This document shows, piece after piece, positions 49,166 to 59,501 of a stretch of 64,000 nucleotides of DNA. Source of the DNA: Candidatus Omnitrophota bacterium (GTDB lineage: Bacteria; Omnitrophota; Gorgyraeia; Zapsychrales; JANLHA01). The DNA lies in contig JACKFJ010000004.1 of the NCBI GenBank assembly GCA_020632535.1, forward strand, positions 41,514-105,513, written 5' to 3'. The notes below the pieces were generated by a model. It was not told where the DNA came from. It did not search any database and saw only the letters and a list, made by a program, of their open reading frames with translations. The translations under genes were made by a program, and so were the position numbers. Position 1 is the first letter of the stretch. Every line of letters begins with the position of its first letter.

Positions 49166-50714
49166 TAGTTTTCTCTTGCGCTTCCCTGTTTTTTAATGTC
49201 AATGTCAAACGATTCCCCGTGATTTCTTCAAAAAGTTCTTTTTTGTCTTTAAAAAAGGCTCGTTCCAAAAGCAAATTTCCAGTCGCATGCGCGATCAAAT
49301 TTACGTCCCCCTTAGAATTTAAAACCACTTCAATTTTCTTTATTTTTTGCTTATGCGAACGATCAAGCGAATTGGCAATACGCAATAAAGCACTCAGTTT
49401 CTGCACCAAAATCTGATGCTCGGACGCTAAAGTATTATAAAGCAAATGCGACGACGACGGCGCGCCCTTACGATGGTAACGGGCAATACAGGCAATGATA
49501 TTCATTTCCTCTTCTCGTAAGCGAAAAAGATTCAACGCGCCAATGACATATTCACTGTGCTTATGATGCGTACGATTGTTAATGAACATACCGATATCAT
49601 GCAGATACGCGGCAAGGGTCAAATAAAGCAAATCCTCATCATTCAATCCCAAAGTATCTTTTAATTGCTGAAACAATGATGATGAGAGCTCCGCGACATG
49701 ACGGCAATGATTCAAATCCAGTTTAAATTTACCACAAAGATTCTGCGCGACGGCGATGAGCTGATTGGTTTTATTATTTTCCTGGACCAAATCCAGCTTA
49801 AAAACCATATTCGCCAAAACAGCCTCAGCCAACGATGTCTCAAGAATATAAATATATTTATTTTTTGTTAGACGAAAAATCTTATTAACAATGATCGCAT
49901 ACCCCGTCATCGTCTCAACGACTTCGGCCGGAACTTTGTGTGTTACCGCAACGGTTTCAGGATAGCTCTCAGTCAATTTTGCCAGCAACTCTTCAGATTC
50001 TTTAATTTTAAATTCAAAAAACTCTGACTGACGACGACGACCAGAAAGGAAATGACTCAAATATCCAGAATAATTTTCATCTACGACGATAATGTCGTCC
50101 AATTTAAGGTGAGGAATGCTTTTTTTAACATAGAGAATTTCATTGGTAATATACTCTTCAACCGCCTCATAAATCTCCTGCAAACTGCCATCTAAACTAT
50201 TCATAAAATTCTTCAAGCGCAATGTGCCTACAGGAATGCCCACACTCATCTGAGTAAAACCCTTTTCAAGCACCGAAATATCCACACTGCCCGCGCCCAA
50301 TTCAACGATGAGCAAATTCTTTTGATGAATTGGATATTTTTTCTTGAGCTTATGGGTCAGATAAGCATCAATGTAATAAACCACATCCCCGACGTTTAAA
50401 ACTTCGACCTTCAGGCCGGTTTTACGCATAACTGTATCCACGAACATGTCACGATTTGCAGCTTCACGAACCGCGGTCGTGGCTATAATCATCACCTCTT
50501 TTACATCATATTCCGCAAGACGTTGTTGATACTTTTCGAGGAAAGAAATGGTTTGATTGATCGTTTCCTGCGCGATGCGACCACGAAAAAACGTATTTCG
50601 CCCGATCGGAACCACATTTTTCAGGGATTCAAGAATTTTCATCTCATCCCCTGATTTTTCGCCAATGACAAGCTTAATTGAATTTGAACCGATATCTAAA
50701 ACTGCAGCACGCAT
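49146..50714 (-). CDS. ppx: Exopolyphosphatase / guanosine pentaphosphate phosphohydrolase (Ppx/GppA) with C-terminal HD domain
   Basis: N-terminal AAVLDIGSNSIKLVI (ASKHA fold) and a later HDIG motif (YLHDIGMF). Its 3' end overlaps the ppk start by 20 nt. Confidence 0.85.
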   Translation of the reverse strand: MRAAVLDIGSNSIKLVIGEKSGDEMKILESLKNVVPIGRNTFFRGRIAQETINQTISFLEKYQQRLAEYDVKEVMIIATTAVREAANRDMFVDTVMRKTGLKVEVLNVGDVVYYIDAYLTHKLKKKYPIHQKNLLIVELGAGSVDISVLEKGFTQMSVGIPVGTLRLKNFMNSLDGSLQEIYEAVEEYITNEILYVKKSIPHLKLDDIIVVDENYSGYLSHFLSGRRRQSEFFEFKIKESEELLAKLTESYPETVAVTHKVPAEVVETMTGYAIIVNKIFRLTKNKYIYILETSLAEAVLANMVFKLDLVQENNKTNQLIAVAQNLCGKFKLDLNHCRHVAELSSSLFQQLKDTLGLNDEDLLYLTLAAYLHDIGMFINNRTHHKHSEYVIGALNLFRLREEEMNIIACIARYHRKGAPSSSHLLYNTLASEHQILVQKLSALLRIANSLDRSHKQKIKKIEVVLNSKGDVNLIAHATGNLLLERAFFKDKKELFEEITGNRLTLTLKNREAQEKTNDTAGS

Positions 50715-50854
50715 AAAAGGACTCCCAAAGGTTTAAAAGCCGGTACTAGGATACCAGATTTACCGATTTTAATCTAAGAGATTTTTAAGGATGGAGTCAA
50801 ACTAAAGATAAACTGACGAATCGTGTTATACGTAAATACAGGGCAAGGAAACCC

Positions 50855-51736
50855 CTAACTATTTCTAAAATAAGAAGTTAGGTTTACACTACGATTCACA
50901 AGGCCCAACTTACGACGAATTTTGTTGCGGATTGTTTCAACAGTTTTTATAGAAATATTCAAAGTAGAAGCAATATCTTTACTGCTTAATCCCGATTTGA
51001 CAAAATTAGCAATTTCAACCTCACGCGGTGAAAGGCGATGATTCGGCCGCGAAACCTGCGAACCAAATGTCGATGTCAAATCTTTTAAATGTTCTTCGAT
51101 AATACCAATATATTTTTTTTCATGGTGAGTTCGGGTTCGTCCCAAACGATTTAAAGCGGGCAAAACAATGACTTCCACATTATTACTAACATTTTCCTTA
51201 ATTTTCTTTTTTTCAATTTCGATCAGTTCAAGAATTTCCCGCAAAGAGGCATTTTTTTGTTCCAAAATATTTTTTTGTTCCAATAACTCTTCTTCCATTC
51301 TTTTGCGTTCACTGATATCACGCTGAATCGCCAAATAATGAGTCGTTCGACCATCCATATTTTTAATCGGTTCAATGTGCCATTCATTAACAAATTCCCG
51401 ACCATCTTTACGATAATGAATAGCCCAACCCCGAAAAACTTCCCCTCGAGAAAGTTTTAAACGCATTGTCGCTAAAATGTTTTTATCTGTTTTTGGGCCA
51501 TGCAAAATATTAAATGTTTTCCCAATAACTTCTTGTGGCTGATAACCCGTCATACGGGTAAATGCAGGATTAACATAAATAATATAAGGACCACCATCTG
51601 TCATATCTGAACTTGCAATAACGATGGCATCTTCTGAAGAATAAACAGCAGCAGCCAAAAGCGAATCATCAATAGCGGATACGTCTTTATTGCTTTCTGA
51701 TTCTAAACCGTTTATACGTATATTCTTAGCAGACAT
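50855..51736 (-). CDS. PAS-domain LuxR-family transcriptional regulator
   Basis: N-terminal PAS (AFTRMTGYQPQEVIGKTFNILHGPKT), a coiled linker, and a C-terminal LuxR HTH (LSPREVEIANFVKSGLSSKDIASTLNISIKTVETIRNKIRRKLG). Confidence 0.75.
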   Translation of the reverse strand: MSAKNIRINGLESESNKDVSAIDDSLLAAAVYSSEDAIVIASSDMTDGGPYIIYVNPAFTRMTGYQPQEVIGKTFNILHGPKTDKNILATMRLKLSRGEVFRGWAIHYRKDGREFVNEWHIEPIKNMDGRTTHYLAIQRDISERKRMEEELLEQKNILEQKNASLREILELIEIEKKKIKENVSNNVEVIVLPALNRLGRTRTHHEKKYIGIIEEHLKDLTSTFGSQVSRPNHRLSPREVEIANFVKSGLSSKDIASTLNISIKTVETIRNKIRRKLGLVNRSVNLTSYFRNS

Positions 51737-51909
51737 GAGTATTATTTTATATCAGTTTTCAAAAAATACTAAATCTTTATTTTTACTTTTGTAATATCCG
51801 GCTTTCTCATTGACTTTTAACTTTATCACTGTTATAAAAAATTTAATGTTTTAATTTAAAATGCCATCAAAATTGTCATTACTTATTATGTATCAATGGA
51901 TTACATCTA

Positions 51910-54087
51910 ATGCATAAACCACTGCCCAACCACAAGCATTTCTGGGCAGGCGCGCTTTTAGCTTTATTAGCCATCATCTGCTACTCTAGCATCTTCTTTG
52001 CTTTAAACGAATCCGCTCATACACTCTACCCGTTTGTCGGCGAACTATATCTTATCTCTATTGTTTTTCTTTTAATCATGACCCTTATTATTTTGATTAC
52101 CAGTCGCGCCCAAACTCACCGAGAACAAGATCTACGAGAAACCGAACAACAATATCGTGATTTAATCCAACATGCCGCAGATCCTATTATTATTTTGGAT
52201 CACACGGGGATAATTCTTTCAGCCAATTCTGCAGTAGAAAAGATGTCGGGTTATCGCCCCGAAGAACTTATTAATCGCCATTTTCTTAAAGTTAATATTT
52301 TAGTCGGCAATTCCATACGTGTTGCCGCAAAAGAATTCATTCATATTCTTCAACAAAAAACCCGCCCGCCTTTCGAACTTTCCATATTAAACAAAAATGG
52401 CAACCTTTGGATCAGCGAAGCCAATGCCCGACGAACAAAGGACGTTTCTGGCAAAACAATTGTCCACGTTACCCTTCGGGATATTACCGCCCGTAAAAAA
52501 GTTGAAGAAACTCTGCGTCAAGAAAGAAATAATGCCCAAAATTATCTCAATATTGCCGGTGTTATAATTTTAACGTTAAACAAAAACGGCCTCGTGACCT
52601 TAATCAACAAAAAGGGATGTGAATTATTAGGTTATGAAGAAAAAGAAATTGTCGGCCAAGATTGGTTTAAGAAATTTTTGTCTGCTGATGAAGAACAAGA
52701 AGTAAGAATTATCTTTAATCGCATGCTATCTGGTCAAGACAAACTGCCGCCCTATTTGGAATATAGCGTTGTTACCAAAAATGGCACAAAACGCTTGCTT
52801 TCTTGGCACAACACTTTAATCCGTGACGAAAATAATAATATCGTTGGGACATTAGGTTCCGGGCAAGATATTACTGATCAACAATCGATTGAAAATCAAC
52901 TGCATTTGCAAAGCACTGCTCTTGAAGCTGCCGCTAACGCAATCGTCATTACGAATAAAGCTGGCAAAATTGTTTGGGCTAATCATGCTCTTACAGAAAT
53001 CAGTGGTTATCAATTGGATGAAGTTCTTGGGAAGAATTTGAATATTTTTAAATCAGGGCTACACAATGAGCGTTTTTATGAAAATTTATGGCAAACAATT
53101 TTGGCGGGAAAAATCTGGCATGGAGAAATTATTAATCGTCGCAAAGACGACCGTCTCTACACGGAAGAAATGACAATTACTCCTGTCCGAAACCGAGTCG
53201 GAGACATTCAGCATTTTATCGCCATCAAGCATGATGTCACCGAGCGCAAAAGCTTACAGCAAGGACTAGAACAAGCCAACATTAAACTTGAAGCCAATGG
53301 ACGCAAACTAGAACGGACTCTTCAGGAAATGGCTGTCAAGAATAAGGAATTACAGGAAGCACAAAATCAATTGATTCAGAATGAAAAGCTCGCCGCGATC
53401 GGCGTTCTCTCGTCGGGAATTGCGCATGAAATCAAAAATCCGCTGGCTATTATCAGTTTAAGTATTGAAGAATTTGAAGGTCTGTCAGAAAAACTCGATG
53501 ACCAAAGCAAGGCTTATATTAAAATGATCAAAAGCGCGGCGACCCGCGCCAACAATGTCATTATTGAGCTTTTGCGTTTCGCCCGTGTTTCCGATCTCAA
53601 AGTTGAATCTATTAATTTATATGATTTGATCGAAGGAACATTTATACTTATCAACAATAGTACAAAATTTAAGGGCATTACGCTTGAACACAAGTACACT
53701 GATAAAAACATCCATGTCCCCGGCGACCGCATCCTCCTTGAGCAGGTTCTCTTTAACCTTTTAATCAATGCGACGGACTCGACGGAACGCGGCGGCACAA
53801 TTACGGTTACCACATATTTACAAAAACCTTTTTCAAGTTTTTCAGAACACGAAGAAATCATTATTGAAGTTTCAGATAACGGGAGCGGCATTGCACCAGA
53901 AGTTCTTCCACGAATTTTTGAACCTTTCTTTACAACGAAAGATCAAGGCAAAGGGACCGGGCTTGGTTTGAGCACCGTCTACACTCTACTCAAACGACAT
54001 CATGGCACAATCAATGTAACGAGCACGCTCGGCGTTGGAACAACGTTTACAATTACACTTCCTTTGGTCACAAAAACAACTAATTAG
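51910..54087 (+). CDS. Multi-PAS sensor histidine kinase
   Basis: Two N-terminal TM helices, at least three PAS/PAC modules, an H-box GIAHEIKNPL and HATPase blocks (NLLINATDS, DNGSGI, GTGLGLS). Confidence 0.85.
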   Translation: MHKPLPNHKHFWAGALLALLAIICYSSIFFALNESAHTLYPFVGELYLISIVFLLIMTLIILITSRAQTHREQDLRETEQQYRDLIQHAADPIIILDHTGIILSANSAVEKMSGYRPEELINRHFLKVNILVGNSIRVAAKEFIHILQQKTRPPFELSILNKNGNLWISEANARRTKDVSGKTIVHVTLRDITARKKVEETLRQERNNAQNYLNIAGVIILTLNKNGLVTLINKKGCELLGYEEKEIVGQDWFKKFLSADEEQEVRIIFNRMLSGQDKLPPYLEYSVVTKNGTKRLLSWHNTLIRDENNNIVGTLGSGQDITDQQSIENQLHLQSTALEAAANAIVITNKAGKIVWANHALTEISGYQLDEVLGKNLNIFKSGLHNERFYENLWQTILAGKIWHGEIINRRKDDRLYTEEMTITPVRNRVGDIQHFIAIKHDVTERKSLQQGLEQANIKLEANGRKLERTLQEMAVKNKELQEAQNQLIQNEKLAAIGVLSSGIAHEIKNPLAIISLSIEEFEGLSEKLDDQSKAYIKMIKSAATRANNVIIELLRFARVSDLKVESINLYDLIEGTFILINNSTKFKGITLEHKYTDKNIHVPGDRILLEQVLFNLLINATDSTERGGTITVTTYLQKPFSSFSEHEEIIIEVSDNGSGIAPEVLPRIFEPFFTTKDQGKGTGLGLSTVYTLLKRHHGTINVTSTLGVGTTFTITLPLVTKTTN

Positions 54088-54102
54088 TAATGGAGGCTAC
54101 TC

Positions 54103-54603
54103 ATGGAAAAAAAGAAAATCGTAGTTATTGATGATGAACAAGATTTGTGTTTACTTATTAAGACAATCCTAGAAGGAACCGGCCTTTATGAAGTCTCGAC
54201 GGCACATGACGGCGAAGCGGGATTAGCACTGATCAAACAAGTTGTTCCAGCCTTAATCTTTGTTGATTTCGTTATGCCAAAAGCTGGTGGTGACAAAGTC
54301 ATTGCCGGCATTAAAGCTGATCCTGCAATCGCAAAAACTCCGATTGTTCTTATGAGCGGTTTGGGCGAAATGATTTATTCCAAAGCCAAAGATCAGTGGA
54401 AGTGGCTTCCCAATAATCCCGCGACAAAAAACCGCGGAGAATTACCTGATGTCATAGCTGATAAAACTAAAGCAAACGAAGCCGCGGAAGCATTGGGAAT
54501 TAAAGATTATTTGCAAAAACCGTTTAAAAAGGAAACCCTGGTTGAAATTGCTAAAGAACTGCTCAAAGTCAAAGAAGAAGTGATCAAACCTGAAGATTAT
54601 TAG
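54103..54603 (+). CDS. Stand-alone receiver-domain protein with an internal insertion
   Basis: IVVIDDEQD, LIFVDFVMP (phospho-acceptor Asp), IVLMSG and DYLQKPF. About 48 aa separate the beta4 Ser and the KPF motif, where about 18 is usual. Confidence 0.8.
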   Translation: MEKKKIVVIDDEQDLCLLIKTILEGTGLYEVSTAHDGEAGLALIKQVVPALIFVDFVMPKAGGDKVIAGIKADPAIAKTPIVLMSGLGEMIYSKAKDQWKWLPNNPATKNRGELPDVIADKTKANEAAEALGIKDYLQKPFKKETLVEIAKELLKVKEEVIKPEDY

Positions 54604-54606
54604 CAA

Positions 54607-55176
54607 TTAATACGATTTACGAATCATGCTGGAACGAAGCGGGAAAATACCTTCACTTGCGGATTTAACATCTTCAACGGTATAAAACGCGCGTGGGTTG
54701 AATTTCTTAATAATTTTTATCACCCGCAAATGATGTCGACGCGGGACAATCGTAAAGATGATTTGGACTTTTCCTGTTGACCCATGCGCGTCCACACTCG
54801 TTGTACCATACCCTTCCGCGGTCAACGAATTAATAAGCTCGAGCGCTTCGGTTTTGGTAATGATACGAATAATTTCTAGACCAACAGCGAGTTTTTCTTC
54901 TAGGATAATCCCCACATAATTGCCCATCGCGAATCCACCAGCGAAAGCAATGTAAACAAACGGATTTGACAAATTTGCCATAATTTGCCGAATAGCTAAA
55001 AGCCAAATCAAAACTTCAAAAAACCCCAAGATTGGCGCCAAAATCCGCCGACCCCGATACAGTAAAATCAAACGCACCGTGCCAATAGAAACATCGCAGA
55101 CACGCGCGCAAAAAATGAGCAACGGTATCACCACATATTGAAACATCGGTGAAGTAAAAATTGGATTATCGAACAT
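54607..55176 (-). CDS. UPF0316 / DUF2179-family membrane protein
   Basis: Three TM helices followed by a soluble C-terminal domain. CARVCDVSIGTVRLILLYRG resembles UPF0316 proteins (from memory). Confidence 0.65.
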   Translation of the reverse strand: MFDNPIFTSPMFQYVVIPLLIFCARVCDVSIGTVRLILLYRGRRILAPILGFFEVLIWLLAIRQIMANLSNPFVYIAFAGGFAMGNYVGIILEEKLAVGLEIIRIITKTEALELINSLTAEGYGTTSVDAHGSTGKVQIIFTIVPRRHHLRVIKIIKKFNPRAFYTVEDVKSASEGIFPLRSSMIRKSY

Positions 55177-55186
55177 AAGAAGAAAG

Positions 55187-55801
55187 CTAACCCGGTGCGA
55201 TCGTGCTGCCCGGCGTGATATTTGTAAGAATAATTTCTAAGACTCCCCGACGCATCATCATAATCGCGATCGCGGCCAAAAATAAAGAGAGAACTTTTGA
55301 CAATGCATTGGCCCCCGACTTGCCCAAAATACGAATAAATACATCAGAAAAAGCAAATACTAAGCCTGCCAAAATGATATTAAGCACAACAGCAATAATC
55401 GCAAGAAAACTTCCATGTTGATCTACTATAATCAATGACGTTGTCAAAACTGCCGGCCCAACCAAAAGTGGTGTTCCAATTGGCACAGCGCCAACTTCTT
55501 GATCCGGCAAACGCTGTAATTTATTTTGTGTCAACAAGTCCAACATCGCGATACAAAATAGGATCGCGCCTCCGGCGATCATAAAATCCGCGATGGTAAT
55601 CCCTAAGAATTTAAAAACCCACCGACCCATGATAATAAAACCAACCGCCAAACACGTAGCAGTTATCAATGACTGAACAATAATTTTATTCTTGGCCTTA
55701 CGATCAATTTCGCTGGTAAGAGAAACAAAGATGGGTAACAAACCTACCGCATCGACCGCAACAAAAATCGGAATAAACGCGAGCAAGAATTCGGTAAACA
55801 T
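55187..55801 (-). CDS. MarC-family (UPF0056) integral membrane protein
   Basis: Polytopic protein whose N-terminus FIPIFVAVDAVGLLPIFVSLT is typical of MarC. ATG 55801 has a GGGGGA Shine-Dalgarno; the track start at 55813 is GTG. Confidence 0.7.
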   Translation of the reverse strand: MFTEFLLAFIPIFVAVDAVGLLPIFVSLTSEIDRKAKNKIIVQSLITATCLAVGFIIMGRWVFKFLGITIADFMIAGGAILFCIAMLDLLTQNKLQRLPDQEVGAVPIGTPLLVGPAVLTTSLIIVDQHGSFLAIIAVVLNIILAGLVFAFSDVFIRILGKSGANALSKVLSLFLAAIAIMMMRRGVLEIILTNITPGSTIAPG

Positions 55802-55952
55802 ATCTTCCCCCACTAAGACTCGTTAAAAGTTAAGTTATTCTAGCAAACAACATGATAAAACAAAATTCGTTTTTAGTTTAAATAAAGATTTTCATAGCAA
55901 AGGTTCTTAATCAGCGGTAAAATTTTACATTTAATTTTAACGAAGGAAACGC

Positions 55953-57641
55953 ATGCCATCCCATGAATTTGAACCAAAACTTATTACCGTTCTTAAAGAA
56001 GGTTATTCATTTAAGACTTTCTATAAAGACTGTATCGCTGGAGTTATTGTCGGAATTGTCGCTCTCCCTCTTTCCATTGCCTTTGCTATTGCTTCTGGCG
56101 TCAAACCAGAACAAGGTCTTTATACCGCCGTAATCGCCGGCTTTCTTATTTCGCTATTAAGCGGCAGCCGTGTCCAAATCGGTGGACCAACTGGCGCTTT
56201 TATCGTCATCATTTTTAGCATCGTACAAAAATTTGGTTATGAAGGCCTTGCACTCGCTACCATCATGGCTGGATTTTTACTCATTCTTATGGGAATTGCC
56301 CGCCTTGGCGATGTTATCAAATATATTCCATATCCTGTAACAGTTGGATTCACCAGTGGAATCGCAATTATTATCTTCACTTCACAGGTTAAAGAATTCC
56401 TCGGTCTTAATATACAAACCCCCACACATTTTGCCGAAAAATGGATTGTATACTTTCAAAATTTACCGTTACTAGACACTCCCAGTCTTGCGCTGGGAAT
56501 ATTGACTATTTTTATTCTCATCGTTGCGCCAAAAATCACACGTAAATTTCCTGCCCCTCTTATTGCGATCTTTGCGACAACAGGCATTGTCCATTTCTTT
56601 AACCTATCCGTTGCGACAATCGGCAGTCGTTTTGGTAGTGTTCCAAATCACTTTCAAATGCCCACCTTACCTCCTTTGAGCATTGATCTTATAACACAAC
56701 TTTCTCCCGCCGCTTTAGCCATTGCATTACTTGCCGGCATTGAGTCACTCTTATCGGCAGTAGTGGCAGACGGCATGACGGGACGAAAACATCGCTCAAA
56801 TATGGAATTGATCGGACAAGGCGTCGCAAATATTATCAGCCCGCTTTTCTCTGGTTTACCAGCGACAGGTGCGATCGCGCGCACCGCCACAAACATCAAA
56901 AGCGGCGGTCAAACTCCAATCGCAGGAATAATCCATGCCTTAACGATTCTACTTCTTTTTATCTATCTGGGGAAATGGGCGGAATTAATTCCTATGGCCA
57001 CACTCGCAGGGATTTTAATTATAATTGCTTACAATATGAGCGAATGGCGACTTTTTGTCAAACTTCTGCGAAGTCCTAAAAGTGACATTATGGTTTTGTT
57101 GATCACCTTTTTTTTGACAATCTTCATCGATTTAATTGTCGCCATCGAAGTCGGCGTAGTTATGGCGTCATTTCTCTTTATGAAGCGCATGGTAGATGTT
57201 ACCGAAATTAAATCAATCACACAATTTATTAACGAAGATGTTCGGACTGATTTATCAGACAATCCTGCCGATGACCCACACACAATCGCCGCGCGAAAAA
57301 TTCCCAAAGGGGTAGAAATTTTTGAAATCAATGGACCTTTCTTCTTTGGTGCAACCGATAAGTTTCGCGACACAATGCGTGGAATTCAAAAACCGCCTCA
57401 AATTCTTATTTTGCGAATGCGCAATGTTCCGACTATTGATGCGACTGGTTTACGAGCCCTTGAGGATACACTTGAAAAAGCCAAAAAAGATGGCATCACA
57501 GTTCTCCTCTCGGGACCAAATGCACGTCTTCTTCGAAAGTTTAACAATAGTGGAATCACGCAACGCATCGGAGAAAATAATATTTTATCGGAAATTGACG
57601 ATGCACTAAATCGCGCACGTGAAATTCTTGGTAAAGAATAG
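55953..57641 (+). CDS. SulP-family anion (sulfate) permease with C-terminal STAS domain
   Basis: 562 aa; SulP-like TM core (GIVALPLSIAFAIASG, QIGGPTGAF) and a STAS-like tail (ILILRMRNVPTIDATGLRALE). Confidence 0.9.
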   Translation: MPSHEFEPKLITVLKEGYSFKTFYKDCIAGVIVGIVALPLSIAFAIASGVKPEQGLYTAVIAGFLISLLSGSRVQIGGPTGAFIVIIFSIVQKFGYEGLALATIMAGFLLILMGIARLGDVIKYIPYPVTVGFTSGIAIIIFTSQVKEFLGLNIQTPTHFAEKWIVYFQNLPLLDTPSLALGILTIFILIVAPKITRKFPAPLIAIFATTGIVHFFNLSVATIGSRFGSVPNHFQMPTLPPLSIDLITQLSPAALAIALLAGIESLLSAVVADGMTGRKHRSNMELIGQGVANIISPLFSGLPATGAIARTATNIKSGGQTPIAGIIHALTILLLFIYLGKWAELIPMATLAGILIIIAYNMSEWRLFVKLLRSPKSDIMVLLITFFLTIFIDLIVAIEVGVVMASFLFMKRMVDVTEIKSITQFINEDVRTDLSDNPADDPHTIAARKIPKGVEIFEINGPFFFGATDKFRDTMRGIQKPPQILILRMRNVPTIDATGLRALEDTLEKAKKDGITVLLSGPNARLLRKFNNSGITQRIGENNILSEIDDALNRAREILGKE

Positions 57642-57741
57642 ATTGCTTCGTCACTTCGTTCCGCGCAATGAGAGTTTTTCACTACACTCCACGCAATGGG
57701 GCATGCCATTGCGAGGAGGCCAAAGGCCGACGTTGCAATCT
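57640..57741. repeat. GC-rich imperfect palindromic element between convergent genes (REP-like, possible bidirectional terminator)
   Basis: Outer arms AGATTGC (57640..57646) and GCAATCT (57735..57741). Internal perfect hairpin CGCAATGG-ggcatg-CCATTGCG (57692..57713). CGCAATG occurs twice in direct orientation and once inverted. Confidence 0.4.
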
Positions 57742-57742
57742 A

Positions 57743-59377
<1,635 letters not shown>

Positions 59378-59421
59378 TTAAATGGGTTAAATATTAGTAA
59401 AGGCTGGATTATACCACACAT

Positions 59422-59460
59422 TAAAAAAGAGGGAATAATTTTCTTATCCCCTCTTTTTGT
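59422..59460 (-). terminator. Intrinsic terminator after the 1414-aa gene (A/T tracts on both sides, possibly bidirectional)
   Basis: Minus strand AGAGGGGATAA-gaaaa-TTATTCCCTCT (11 bp, one G-U pair) followed by TTTTTT. Confidence 0.55.
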
Positions 59461-59501
59461 GATCCCCAAAAATCTCCTATTGAGGATCTATAAATTCAAC
59501 T

